A DNA stretch of 64,000 nucleotides from Candidatus Cloacimonadales bacterium (GCA_963674825.1 OY771587.1:2400001-2464000); one strand, 5' to 3'. Numbered from the stretch's first letter, positions 42,962 to 53,309 are shown. Numbers and translations: made by a program. The notes: generated by a model from the sequence alone, not told the origin.

Positions 42962-44497
42962 TCAAAGCAACGGCGAGAAGAGCCTGGATGCTGACTCGGC
43001 CATCTTGTGCAGCACATTGCGCTTCTGGAATACATCTGGGTCAACCTCGGTGGACTGACCGAAATCGACTTCGAACTGCTTCCGCATAGCCTGCGCGAAA
43101 TCGGGATCGTACACAATGGAATTGACCTCGAAATTGAGTAGCAGGCTACGCATATCGAAATTAGCTGTTCCGACAGACGTGATCTGATCATCGGTGAGGA
43201 TGACCTTAGCGTGAGTAAAACCGTTGTTGTAGAGGTATATCCTGACTCCCGCGCTCATGAGTTGGTCGAAATAAGAACGGTTACCGGACCACATCATCCA
43301 GTGCTCAGGGATAGCTGGAACAATGATGCGAACATCGACGCCGCTGAGCGAGGCTGTGCTGAGCGCGGTCAGCAAGCTTTCGTCGAGGATGAGGTAAGGT
43401 GTCGTGATCCAGATGTAATGCTCTGCGCTGGTTATCAGCATGAAATAGACTTGCTGGATATTCTCCCACTGGGTATCGGGACCGGATGTGACGGTCTGGA
43501 TATCGATCTGATTCTGGATATTGTGCGCAGGGAAATAGGCATCCAAGTCAAAGTGTTCGTTGCTGGCGAAAAACCAGTCGAGCAGGAACACTTTCTGAAG
43601 AGCATAGACGATGTCGCCCTCGGCCATCATGACGGTATCCCGCCAGTGACCATAGTGGCGATCGAGATCGTAGTATTTATCGCCGATATTGACCCCACCG
43701 ATGAATGCCTTTTTACCGTCGATAACCACGATTTTCCGGTGGTTCCGGTAGTTAACCCGGTGCGCGACAAGTCTGAACCGAACCGGGAAATACGGGACGA
43801 TTTGGATGCCAGCATGCTTGAGCTTTCCCACACGCCACGACCACAGCGTCCAGCTACCCACTGCATCGAAGATAACCCTTACTTCGACGCCTTCTCTGGC
43901 CTTCCGGGCAAGGAGTTCCAGTACCCGCATACCTGTCTGGTCCCACATGATACTGAACATCTCCATGTGGATGTGATGTTTGGCCTTCTCGATTTCTTTC
44001 ATCATGCTATCGATGGCCTCTTTTCCGCTGAATATCGTCTGAACCCGATTGTGAATGGCGATACCGGCTTTTGTGTGGTAATAGAGCAGCCGTGAGAGCT
44101 TGTTTTGTTCGAGTAGTATATTCTGTGCTTGTAGTGCTCCATGGGCGTCTGTAATGGGGGTGATGGCCTGGTTGATGCGGTCTTCGTCCTCTTTCATCTT
44201 TCGTGCGAAGAGGCGGCGTTTTCGGAAATTTACACCAAACACAAAGAATAGCACCACGCCAACGATAGGCAGAAAAACGAGGACTTGAATCCAGGCCAGG
44301 CTGCTTCGCGGATCACGATTTTCGCGGACGAGCGTGTAGATAATCGTAACGATTGTAATGGCGATGATAACATTGTAGATAATCAGCAGGATCTTTGCGG
44401 TAATGCTGTAATCAGCATCGGTGTTCCGGTTGATGAAAACCCATGTAATTGCCAGGATTAATAAAATAATGATTATCAAGCCAAGTACTCGCCGCAT
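42962..44497 (-). CDS. cls: Cardiolipin synthase
   Basis: PLDc_N 'ENRDPRSSLAW'; two HKD motifs (HRKIVVID, HAKVILTD). ATG at 44497 is the likely start. Confidence 0.95.
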   Translation of the reverse strand: MRRVLGLIIIILLILAITWVFINRNTDADYSITAKILLIIYNVIIAITIVTIIYTLVRENRDPRSSLAWIQVLVFLPIVGVVLFFVFGVNFRKRRLFARKMKEDEDRINQAITPITDAHGALQAQNILLEQNKLSRLLYYHTKAGIAIHNRVQTIFSGKEAIDSMMKEIEKAKHHIHMEMFSIMWDQTGMRVLELLARKAREGVEVRVIFDAVGSWTLWSWRVGKLKHAGIQIVPYFPVRFRLVAHRVNYRNHRKIVVIDGKKAFIGGVNIGDKYYDLDRHYGHWRDTVMMAEGDIVYALQKVFLLDWFFASNEHFDLDAYFPAHNIQNQIDIQTVTSGPDTQWENIQQVYFMLITSAEHYIWITTPYLILDESLLTALSTASLSGVDVRIIVPAIPEHWMMWSGNRSYFDQLMSAGVRIYLYNNGFTHAKVILTDDQITSVGTANFDMRSLLLNFEVNSIVYDPDFAQAMRKQFEVDFGQSTEVDPDVFQKRNVLHKMAESASRLFSPLL

Positions 44498-44579
44498 TGT
44501 TCCACCTTGACAAAGCCAGTGTTGTTGATTTCCCTGTTTCAATGTGAAATTTACGTAAGCTTACTGAGTGGAGTAAAAC

Positions 44580-45461
44580 ATGGCAACTAAAAAATCTGCA
44601 ATTGTAGTGCTGGGTGGAGGAGCTGCCCGTGGATATGCTCATATCGGCGTTCTGGAAGTAATCGAGGCCGAGTATAAAATCGAGGGAATCATCGGAACCA
44701 GTATGGGTTCGATCATCGGCGGACTCTACGCTTGCGGTTATCGGACAGATGAGATCCTCGAGATCGCGAACGATATCGATGCCCTCGATTATCTTTCCTA
44801 CCTGAAGATGGATGTCGTGCGGGGCGGTTTGGTGCGACGCGCCAAGCTACACAAGTACCTCTCCGAGTTGACTCACAACATCAAGATCGAAAACATGCGC
44901 ATCCCATTCCGCACGCTCGCGTTCGACTTGGTCAGCCGTAAGTCGATCCTCTTCGATCAGGGCGATCTTGCCAGCGCGATGATATCCTCCAGTTCGTTGC
45001 CGTTTATCTTCAAGCCCTACGAATACGGTGGTTACGAGTTTGTGGACGGCGGTATCCAACACCCGCTTCCAGTCGAGTTTATCGGGTTGTTCGATAAACC
45101 CAGACATGTGATCGCGGTAAATGTATTACCTCCCATCGAACTCCAGGCTGCGCGAATCGACATCGAAAAGACGCTGTTCCAAAGCGATCGAGCTCAAACA
45201 TCCTTCTACCAGGGAATTCGATCCACCGAGTACATGCAGGCTTTCCTCTCCAGGCGCTCGATCGAGCACACCAAGCCGGATATCCTAATCTCTGCTTACA
45301 GCGAAGAGCTTGAGGGTTGGGACTTCAATAAGGCCGATGAATTCTATCAACTGGGACTAGACGCAGCCCAAGAGCAGCTCGAAAGCAAGAGAGACACCGT
45401 CGCGCAGTTCCTCAAGAATCCCGACCACGTAATCGACTACCTCAAGGAACTCCTGCGCTGA
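44580..45461 (+). CDS. Patatin-like phospholipase (RssA-like)
   Basis: GGGAARG, GTSMG, DGG. Confidence 0.93.
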   Translation: MATKKSAIVVLGGGAARGYAHIGVLEVIEAEYKIEGIIGTSMGSIIGGLYACGYRTDEILEIANDIDALDYLSYLKMDVVRGGLVRRAKLHKYLSELTHNIKIENMRIPFRTLAFDLVSRKSILFDQGDLASAMISSSSLPFIFKPYEYGGYEFVDGGIQHPLPVEFIGLFDKPRHVIAVNVLPPIELQAARIDIEKTLFQSDRAQTSFYQGIRSTEYMQAFLSRRSIEHTKPDILISAYSEELEGWDFNKADEFYQLGLDAAQEQLESKRDTVAQFLKNPDHVIDYLKELLR

Positions 45462-45588
45462 GGAAATGCGTTCGCAATACGGGAGGGTGGGAAGCTGGTC
45501 GTGTTTTGGAATCGGATTTGCCAAGCTAGCATAGCAAATCCGATTCGAAAACAAAGCCAGCGGGACCGCTGCTCCCGAACGCATTTCC
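45462..45588. repeat. 127-bp nested inverted repeat (REPIN/MITE-like hairpin)
   Basis: 13-bp terminal IR GGAAATGCGTTCG / CGAACGCATTTCC; inner 19-bp IR GTTTTGGAATCGGATTTGC / GCAAATCCGATTCGAAAAC with one mismatch. Confidence 0.75.
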
Positions 45589-45681
45589 GTAACCATGAAC
45601 CAAATGCAGGAAAAAGAATTACTTGACCTCCACGGGGCTGAATAGATGGTTGCCGTCACGAAGGGACTTGGAGCATCAAGC

Positions 45682-47577
45682 ATGGTAATGGTTACCCTTG
45701 AAAAGCTGACGAAGCGATATCCCGGCAAGACACTTTTCGAGGATGCCAATCTGGGCATTGAGAAGGGTGACAGGATCGGCCTGATCGGCGAGAACGGTTG
45801 CGGTAAAAGCACGTTTCTCAAGATCCTCATGGGCGCAGAGCCAGCCGATTCCGGCTCTATCGTCTTCCGCTCCGGCATCAAGACAGGCTACCTGCCGCAG
45901 GTCCCCAGCCTCGATCCCAACAAAACAATCTTCGAGCAGATATATTACAGCGATCATGAGCACTTCCGCGTTTTGCGACAATTTCATGACCTGACAACAC
46001 GACTGGCAAAAAAACCCAGCGATGCCCTCATGAAGCAGCATCAAGAGCTGATGCATGACATGGAAGCGCGTGATATATGGTCTATCGAGACAAAAGCGAG
46101 AAGCCTTCTGACCCGCTTCGGTTTCGACGACCTCGACCGCAATACTGCCAACCTCTCCGGTGGCGAAAAGCGCCGCATTGATATGGCGCGTGTGCTACTC
46201 GACGAACCCGATTTCCTCGCGCTCGACGAGCCAACCAACCACCTCGATATCGACACCATCGAGTGGCTGCAAGACTACATGAAAAGCTATCAGGGAACCA
46301 TGATTTTCGTGACCCACGACCGCTACTTTCTGGACGATGTCTGCAACCGCATTTTCGAGATCGACAATGGTCAGCTCAGGATTTATCCCGATAACTACTC
46401 CGGTTACCTGAAACGCAAGGAACTGGAACTCATAGACATTCAACGCAAGGAGACTCGCCGCAAAGCACAGCTTCAGAAGGAAATGAAGTGGCTGCAACGT
46501 GGGGCCAAAGCCAGGTCTTCCAAGCCTAAGGATCACATCGATCGCGTAAAAGAACTCCTCGATAAATCATACCTCTCCGAAGATCGCGAACTGGAAATAT
46601 CGTTCCGCGAGCATCGCTTGGGTAAGACGATTCTCGAGGCAGGAGATATCACAAAATCTTACGACAAAGAACTCTTCAAGGACTTCTCGCATATCTTCCA
46701 GAAGCGTGAACGAATCGGCATCATCGGCCCCAACGGCAGTGGCAAGACGACCCTTCTACGCATTCTGCTGGGAACCGAAGAGCCCGACAGCGGCAAGGTC
46801 AAACTGGGCGTGAACACCAAGTTCGCCGTACTCGACCAGGAATCGAAGGAATTCGAGAAGGACATCACGGTGCTCGACTACATCCGTGAGGAAGCGGATC
46901 GCATTCGCACCGCAGATGGCACGCTTCTTTCGGCCTCCGAAATGCTTGAACGCTTTCGGTTTGACGGCAAGATGCAGCAGTCCAAGCTTTTCTCGCTATC
47001 CGGTGGTGAACGGAAGCGACTCGCCCTCATGAAATCGCTGATGTTCGGTGCGAATTTCGTGGTGCTGGACGAACCCACCAACGACCTCGACATCCAGACG
47101 CTAGAGGTGCTGGAAGACTACCTGGACGCTTTCCGGGGATGCCTACTGACCGTCTCGCATGACCGCTATTTCCTCGACCGGATCGTAGATTATCTGTTTG
47201 TGTTTACCGAAAACGCCGAGGGCGGAACCGAGATTCGGAAATTCCCCGGAAATTACTCGGACTATTATCTGGTGAAAAGATATCAGGATGACGAGAAACA
47301 GGAAATCCAGAAGCGCGGGAAACCGGTACAAACCCGGCGGCATGAGGATAACACGGGACGTCTGAGTTATAAGGATGAGCGAAGAGTTTCCGAGATTGAA
47401 AAAAGCATTGACGAATTGGAAAGAAAGAAAAAAGAGTTGGATTTCAAACTCACCGAGTGCTCATCTGATCTTAAGCCTCGGGATTTTATAGAGATAAATG
47501 ATCAATTGGCGGAGATTGGGGTGAGTCTTGAACAGTTGATGGAAGAATGGATGGAAATCGAAAATAAAAGGAACTAA
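45682..47577 (+). CDS. ABC-F family ATPase (Uup/YfmR-like)
   Basis: Two ABC domains (GENGCGKS, LSGGEK, DEPTNHLD; GPNGSGKT, DEPTNDLD), linker 'WLQRGAKAR', C-terminal coiled coil. Confidence 0.92.
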   Translation: MVMVTLEKLTKRYPGKTLFEDANLGIEKGDRIGLIGENGCGKSTFLKILMGAEPADSGSIVFRSGIKTGYLPQVPSLDPNKTIFEQIYYSDHEHFRVLRQFHDLTTRLAKKPSDALMKQHQELMHDMEARDIWSIETKARSLLTRFGFDDLDRNTANLSGGEKRRIDMARVLLDEPDFLALDEPTNHLDIDTIEWLQDYMKSYQGTMIFVTHDRYFLDDVCNRIFEIDNGQLRIYPDNYSGYLKRKELELIDIQRKETRRKAQLQKEMKWLQRGAKARSSKPKDHIDRVKELLDKSYLSEDRELEISFREHRLGKTILEAGDITKSYDKELFKDFSHIFQKRERIGIIGPNGSGKTTLLRILLGTEEPDSGKVKLGVNTKFAVLDQESKEFEKDITVLDYIREEADRIRTADGTLLSASEMLERFRFDGKMQQSKLFSLSGGERKRLALMKSLMFGANFVVLDEPTNDLDIQTLEVLEDYLDAFRGCLLTVSHDRYFLDRIVDYLFVFTENAEGGTEIRKFPGNYSDYYLVKRYQDDEKQEIQKRGKPVQTRRHEDNTGRLSYKDERRVSEIEKSIDELERKKKELDFKLTECSSDLKPRDFIEINDQLAEIGVSLEQLMEEWMEIENKRN

Positions 47578-47593
47578 GCAGAGGGAGTTATTT

Positions 47594-48055
47594 ATGGACC
47601 AAAAAAGACCGGAAATCGATGCGATCATCGACCGCTATCACGGCAAGAAAGGTGTGCTGATTCCGCTGCTGCAGGATGTCCAGAAGTTGGAAGGTTACCT
47701 TTCCAGGGATTCGATGCAGTACGTTTCGAAGCACACGGGTGTTCATCTCGCTGATATTTTCGGTGTCGCCACCTTCTACACCATGTTTCGCCTGAAACCG
47801 CAGGGGAAACACGTTGTTCGCGTGTGCAAGGGTACGGCATGTCACGTATCCGGTGCGAATCTGATTACAGAAGCAATCAGAAGCGAACTGGGATTGAAGA
47901 AGGATGAAGACACCACGGATGACGGAAACTTCACGTTGATGGAAGTGGCGTGCCTCGGCTGCTGCAGTCTGGCACCCGTAATCATGGTAGATGATACCAC
48001 CCATGGAAAGCTGACGCCGGACAAAGTCGGCGGCGTCCTGGCGAAGTACAAGTAG
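47594..48055 (+). CDS. NuoE/HydC-like 2Fe-2S subunit (StnA-like)
   Basis: GVATFY, CKGTAC, CLGCC. Confidence 0.93.
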   Translation: MDQKRPEIDAIIDRYHGKKGVLIPLLQDVQKLEGYLSRDSMQYVSKHTGVHLADIFGVATFYTMFRLKPQGKHVVRVCKGTACHVSGANLITEAIRSELGLKKDEDTTDDGNFTLMEVACLGCCSLAPVIMVDDTTHGKLTPDKVGGVLAKYK

Positions 48056-48071
48056 ATCTTAGGAGGATAGT

Positions 48072-49838
48072 TTGAGTCAGCTAATGATCAAAGTCGGAAT
48101 GGCGAGCTGCGGAGTAGCGGCTGGCGCTGGCGATGTCTGGAAAGCGATCGAAGAATACATGGCGAATAACGCTCCTGACGTAACGCTGGAAAAGACCGGT
48201 TGTATCGGAATGTGTTCTTACGAACCGCTGGTAGAGATGAAGTCTGCCGGTAAAGATATGATTACGTATGGCAACATCACCGCGGAAGAAGTTATCACCG
48301 CGATTGAAGCCCATCTCAATAATGACGCCGAGAAACTCGAATCTGTCGCGAAACGTATTATTCCTCGCGTCGAGACTCTCGATAAGCAATCCCGTATCGT
48401 TCTGCGCAACACAGGTATCATCGATCCTACATCGATTGACGAATACCTTGCGAACGACGGCTATAAAGCTCTTGAAAAAGCTTTGAAGAACATGACCCGT
48501 GAACAGGTGATCGATGAAATCAAGGCATCGGGCCTGCGCGGTCGTGGTGGAGCTGGTTTCCCAACCGGTCTCAAATGGCAATTCGCATATCAGGCGAAAG
48601 ACGACAAGAAATACATCGTCTGTAACGCGGACGAAGGCGATCCGGGCGCATTCATGGACCGTAGCGTTCTCGAAGGCGATCCCCACAGCGTGATCGAAGG
48701 TATGATCATCGGTGCATACGCAATCGGAGCCGACGAAGGCTACATCTACTGCCGTGCCGAGTACCCCATGGCGATCCGCCACCTGCTCATTGCCCTTGAA
48801 GCAGCCGAGAAACTCGGATATCTTGGCAAGAACATCATGGGAACCGGGTACAACTTCGAACTGCACATCAAGGAAGGCGCAGGCGCATTCGTGTGTGGCG
48901 AGGAAACAGCCCTGATGGCATCGATCGAAGGCAAGCGCGGTATGCCGCGTATCCGTCCTCCGTTCCCGGCACAGTCCGGTCTCTGGGGACATCCCACCAA
49001 TATTAACAACGTAGAGACCTTCGCGAATATCGCCTGGATCATCAACAACGGCGCTGCCAAGTATGCCAGCCTCGGAACCGAGAAGAGCAAGGGCACCAAG
49101 GTGTTCGCGCTTGCCGGTAAGATCAAGCACGCCGGCCTGGTGGAAGTTCCGATGGGAACTCCGCTTCGCGACGTGATCTACGAAGTTGGCGGCGGCATGC
49201 TCACCGAGAAGCCGTTCAAAGCCGTTCAGCTTGGCGGACCTTCGGGCGGTTGCGTTCCGAAGGAACTGCTCGACACCATCGTCGATTACGATTCCATCAC
49301 CAAAACGGGCGCTATCATGGGTTCCGGCGGTATGGTCGTCATGGACGAAAGCACCTGTATGGTCGATATCGCAAAGTTCTTCCTCAATTTCACCCAGAAC
49401 GAATCCTGCGGAAAGTGTACTTTCTGCCGCGTGGGAACCAAGCGCATGCTTGAAATCCTCCAACGCATCACCGAAGGTAAAGGCGAGATGGAAGACATCG
49501 ACAAGCTGTATGAGCTTTCCGAAAACATTCGCAAGACCTCTCTTTGCGGTCTGGGACAGACAGCCCCCAACCCGGTGCTGACCACCCTGCGCTATTTCAA
49601 ACATGAATACATTGCTCACATTCAGGACAAGAAATGCCCGGCGGGAGCTTGCCAAGCACTCATCAAGTTCGAAATCGATCCTGACAAGTGCGTCGGCTGT
49701 ACGCTTTGCGCACGCAGATGCCCTGTGAACGCCATTACCGGAACCGTCAAGCAACCGCACGTGATCGATCAGGACGCCTGTATCGGTTGCGGAGCCTGCG
49801 AAGCGGCATGTAAATTCGGCGCAGTGATTAAATCATAG
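48072..49838 (+). CDS. NuoF/HydB-like FMN/NAD(H) subunit (StnB-like)
   Basis: N-terminal Trx-like 2Fe-2S (SCG..CIGMC), GRGGAGFPTG, CNADEGDPGAFMD, GAFVCGEETAL, ESCGKC, C-terminal 2x[4Fe-4S]; AGGAGG RBS then TTG start. Confidence 0.95.
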   Translation: MSQLMIKVGMASCGVAAGAGDVWKAIEEYMANNAPDVTLEKTGCIGMCSYEPLVEMKSAGKDMITYGNITAEEVITAIEAHLNNDAEKLESVAKRIIPRVETLDKQSRIVLRNTGIIDPTSIDEYLANDGYKALEKALKNMTREQVIDEIKASGLRGRGGAGFPTGLKWQFAYQAKDDKKYIVCNADEGDPGAFMDRSVLEGDPHSVIEGMIIGAYAIGADEGYIYCRAEYPMAIRHLLIALEAAEKLGYLGKNIMGTGYNFELHIKEGAGAFVCGEETALMASIEGKRGMPRIRPPFPAQSGLWGHPTNINNVETFANIAWIINNGAAKYASLGTEKSKGTKVFALAGKIKHAGLVEVPMGTPLRDVIYEVGGGMLTEKPFKAVQLGGPSGGCVPKELLDTIVDYDSITKTGAIMGSGGMVVMDESTCMVDIAKFFLNFTQNESCGKCTFCRVGTKRMLEILQRITEGKGEMEDIDKLYELSENIRKTSLCGLGQTAPNPVLTTLRYFKHEYIAHIQDKKCPAGACQALIKFEIDPDKCVGCTLCARRCPVNAITGTVKQPHVIDQDACIGCGACEAACKFGAVIKS

Positions 49839-49849
49839 GAGAGTGGATC

Positions 49850-52800
49850 ATGATAAAAATCAAACTCAACAACAGAGAAATCATCACCGAAGCCGGTAAG
49901 ACTATATTGGAAGTCGCGCAGGAAAACGGAATCAAGATCCCAACCCTGTGCCATGATCCCGAACTCCAGCCCTACGGATCCTGCTGGGTCTGCGCTGTCG
50001 AAGTAAAAGGCGCTCGCGGATTCGTGACCGCTTGCGGTACCCGCGTCAGCGATGGCATGGAAGTTCAAACAGATACCAAGGAAGTTCACGCTGCGCGCAA
50101 GATGGCGCTCGAACTGCTGGTGTCCGACCACTACGCAGACTGCGAAGCCCCGTGCTCGGTCGCATGCCCGGATCACGTGGACATCCAGACCTACGTTGCT
50201 CATATCGCAAACGGTGATTACCACGAAGCGGTTCGCGTCATAAAGGAAAAGCTGCCGATGCCGCTTTCCATCGGACGCGTATGCCCGGCTTTCTGCGAAT
50301 CGGAATGCCGCCGCAAAATCGTTGACGAACCCATCGCTATTCGTCAGCTCAAGCGTCACGCTGCCGACTTCGATCTAGACGACTACTGGACATACGTTCC
50401 GGAGAAGATGCCCGAGACCGGTAACAAGGTCGCGATCGTCGGTGCCGGTCCTTCCGGCCTTACCTGCGGTTACTACCTCAGCAACGAAGGTCACGACGTA
50501 ACCGTTTTCGAAGCCTCTCCCAAAGCGGGTGGCTGGCTTCGGTACGGTATCCCGGAATACCGCCTGCCCAAGGCGATCCTCGATAAAGAAATCGAGCTGA
50601 TGTGTGCCAACGGCATGGAAATCAAATACAATGTGAAGATCGGCGAAGAGATCACCATGCAGCAACTCTGCACGGAATACGACGCCGTCTATCTGGCGCT
50701 GGGCGCACAGAACGCAGTTCCGATGCGTGTGACCGGAGCCGACCTCAATGGCGTCCTGCTGGGTGTCGATTTCCTCAAGGATTTCGTGCTCGGTAAGGAA
50801 ATCAACGTCGGCAAGAAAGTCGCTATCATCGGTGGTGGTAACACCGCTGTTGACTGTGCCAGAACCAGCCGTCGTCTCGGTGCCGACGTCACCATCGTTT
50901 ACCGCCGTACCCGCAAGGAAATGCCGGCGGAAGAGTATGAAGTCGATGCAGCGGACGAGGAAGGAATCAAGTTCTACATGCTGACCAATCCCGTGGAATT
51001 CCTGGGCGAAGACGGCCAGCTGAAGAAAGTGAAATTCGAGAAGATGGAACTGGGAGAACCGGACAGCAGCGGACGCCGTCGTCCTGTTCCGACCGGTGAA
51101 TACTTCGAAGAAGAGTTCGATACCGTGATCGCAGCGATTTCGCAGGCTCCGGACGTCGATTTCTTCGCGAAAGAAGAGAACTACGTCGATGGACGTCAGA
51201 TGCCGCTTACCCGCTGGCAGACTGCTGAAGTCGATGAAAATACCATGTACCTCGGATACGGTAACGTATTCGCCGGTGGCGACTTCCGCAGAGGTCCCGC
51301 AACCGCGATTGAAGCGATAGCCGATGGCCGTATCGCGTTCGAGCAGATCGATCGTTATCTGATGGGTCTGGAAATCGAAGCAGATAAGCCGAAATTCGAC
51401 AGCAAGAAAGAGAAGAAGCTTGCCGACGTATCACCGGAAGAATACGAACAGTACGAAAAGAAGCCTCGTGCCAAGATGCCGGAACTGGAAGCCGAAGTTC
51501 GCGCGACCAATTTCGAAGAAGTCGAAACAGGCTTTGTGGATGAAGACGCGCGCGCCGAAGCCGAGCGCTGCCTCGAATGCGGCTGCCAGGTCAATTCGAG
51601 CTGTGTGCTGCGCCAGTACTGTACTGATTACGAAGTGGACGTCGATCTGTTTGCCGGTTCCAAGAACAAGCATCCGATCGATCACAGCCACCCGTTCATC
51701 CTTCGCGACGCCAACAAGTGCGTCAACTGCGGTCGCTGTATCCGCACCTGCTCCGAGATTCAGGGCGCAGGCGTTCTGGGATACATCTTCCGTGGCTTCT
51801 CCAGCCTCGTAGCGCCGGAATTTGGCGAGAGCCTGACCTACACCACCTGCGAATCGTGCGGTAAGTGCGTCGCGGTGTGTCCGGTAGGCGCTCTCACCGA
51901 GCGTCAGGTCAACTACAAACTGCATCCGCATCCGGGTGAGAAATTCATCCAGAGCTGCGGTAACTGCGGCGTCGGCTGTACCATCGAAGTCAACACGCAG
52001 GTCGATCGCGTAGCCTTCATTCAGACTCCGGAAGAGGAAGGCTTCAATGGCCGCAATCTTTGCTTTAAGGGCAGATTCGGCTGGCAGGTCTTCGAAGATG
52101 ATGAGAAGCTCACCGAGCCGCTTCTTCGTAAAGATGGCAAGTACGAACCCATCTCTTGGATCGATGCGATGGAAGTCCTTCGCGAGAACCTCGAAAAGGC
52201 CGAGAACAGGTCGATCTATATCAGTGCGGACACAACCAACGAAGAGATGCTTCTGATGCAGGAAGTCGCGATGAACATCGAAGCGGAGATTGGCTCTATG
52301 TCGCTCATTCCTGACTTCACGGACGACATCGTGATGTACCATCGCTACCGTAAATCGTTCACCGAGATGGATGACGCTGAAGCGATCGTGATCGTTGGCG
52401 AGGTCAGCCACACACTGCGCACACTGGCACGTACCCAGCAGCGTAAGGGCAAAAAGCTCATCCTGATCAACAACAGCGATGCCGACTTCAACAACTTCGC
52501 GGATGCACACATCAAGGGCGAGGACTTCGACAAGGCTCTGGACGGTCTCTGCCAGAACAACTGCTGCTGCGACGACTGCCACTGTGGCGGTTCCGACAAG
52601 ATCGAACTCGATCTGCCGAATCGCACGCTGTTCTTCTACGACCGCACCGAACTTGGCGAAGATGTGATCCACAAAATCTGGACCGTTGCCACAGCTACCT
52701 GTAGCTTCGGCAAGGGCTCCGGCGTGATCCCGACCTCCAAATGGATGAACCTCAACGGTCTGATCCGCCTCGGATTCCAGCCGATGCCGGCGATCCAGGC

Positions 52801-53254
52801 CGATTTCGTCATACTCTATGGCGAATCACCGGATGCTGAACAGCAGAAAGCGCTCGAAGGCAGCGGATTCACCGTGTCGGTACACACGCATCACGTCTAT
52901 GATGCCGACCTCATCCTGCCGCAAGCTTCCTACCTGGAAACCGAAGGCTCCGTGTTCGCGGACGATCATCGTCTGAACTACTTCTACAATCCGAAGGACT
53001 CGAGTCTGTTCGACGAGATGGTGGAACTGTTCGCAGATCTCTTGATCATCCCGGAAGCACACGGCGAGAAGAGCTACTGGCTTGGTCGTACCCGCTACGT
53101 GCAGGAAACCGAACCTCAGATTCCGATCGAGGCGAAGGAACTGCATGAGTGGCTTGCGAACCTCACCGATCTCTCAACTTGCCCGATGCAGGTCAACACA
53201 GGTAAGCTGTCGCGCATCATGAAGCTGAAAAAAGAAACCGAGCAGGAAAGATAG
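49850..53254 (+). CDS. NuoG-like FeS / GltD-like FAD-NADP(H) / degenerate molybdopterin-fold fusion (StnC-like)
   Basis: N-terminal 2Fe-2S; GltD-like 'CEAPC..CP..RVCPAFCE', GAGPSG, YGIPEYRLP, GGGNTA, YRRTR; then CxxCxxC ferredoxin motifs and 'SCGNCGVGC...LCFKG'. No H-cluster motifs seen. Confidence 0.85.
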   Translation: MIKIKLNNREIITEAGKTILEVAQENGIKIPTLCHDPELQPYGSCWVCAVEVKGARGFVTACGTRVSDGMEVQTDTKEVHAARKMALELLVSDHYADCEAPCSVACPDHVDIQTYVAHIANGDYHEAVRVIKEKLPMPLSIGRVCPAFCESECRRKIVDEPIAIRQLKRHAADFDLDDYWTYVPEKMPETGNKVAIVGAGPSGLTCGYYLSNEGHDVTVFEASPKAGGWLRYGIPEYRLPKAILDKEIELMCANGMEIKYNVKIGEEITMQQLCTEYDAVYLALGAQNAVPMRVTGADLNGVLLGVDFLKDFVLGKEINVGKKVAIIGGGNTAVDCARTSRRLGADVTIVYRRTRKEMPAEEYEVDAADEEGIKFYMLTNPVEFLGEDGQLKKVKFEKMELGEPDSSGRRRPVPTGEYFEEEFDTVIAAISQAPDVDFFAKEENYVDGRQMPLTRWQTAEVDENTMYLGYGNVFAGGDFRRGPATAIEAIADGRIAFEQIDRYLMGLEIEADKPKFDSKKEKKLADVSPEEYEQYEKKPRAKMPELEAEVRATNFEEVETGFVDEDARAEAERCLECGCQVNSSCVLRQYCTDYEVDVDLFAGSKNKHPIDHSHPFILRDANKCVNCGRCIRTCSEIQGAGVLGYIFRGFSSLVAPEFGESLTYTTCESCGKCVAVCPVGALTERQVNYKLHPHPGEKFIQSCGNCGVGCTIEVNTQVDRVAFIQTPEEEGFNGRNLCFKGRFGWQVFEDDEKLTEPLLRKDGKYEPISWIDAMEVLRENLEKAENRSIYISADTTNEEMLLMQEVAMNIEAEIGSMSLIPDFTDDIVMYHRYRKSFTEMDDAEAIVIVGEVSHTLRTLARTQQRKGKKLILINNSDADFNNFADAHIKGEDFDKALDGLCQNNCCCDDCHCGGSDKIELDLPNRTLFFYDRTELGEDVIHKIWTVATATCSFGKGSGVIPTSKWMNLNGLIRLGFQPMPAIQADFVILYGESPDAEQQKALEGSGFTVSVHTHHVYDADLILPQASYLETEGSVFADDHRLNYFYNPKDSSLFDEMVELFADLLIIPEAHGEKSYWLGRTRYVQETEPQIPIEAKELHEWLANLTDLSTCPMQVNTGKLSRIMKLKKETEQER

Positions 53255-53275
53255 CTATCGGACTGCTTAGATAAT

Positions 53276-53309
53276 CAAAAACGGCTGAGTTCATTCTCAG
53301 CCGTTTTTG
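53276..53309. terminator. Bidirectional Rho-independent terminator
   Basis: aaaaacggctgag-ttcatt-ctcagccgttttt. Confidence 0.88.

Noticed and set aside
48081..49760. 559-aa antisense ORF over the NuoF-like gene (also 51431-52672, 30575-31582, 43211-44095, 57043-57930)
   Set aside because: Shadow ORFs caused by codon bias on the opposite strand of well-conserved genes; no recognisable motifs.
47594..53254. [FeFe]-hydrogenase, formate dehydrogenase or respiratory complex I
   Set aside because: No H-cluster motifs (TSCCP, MPC..KK.E, EVMAC..GC), no recognisable Mo/Sec site or in-frame TGA, and no membrane Nuo subunits.
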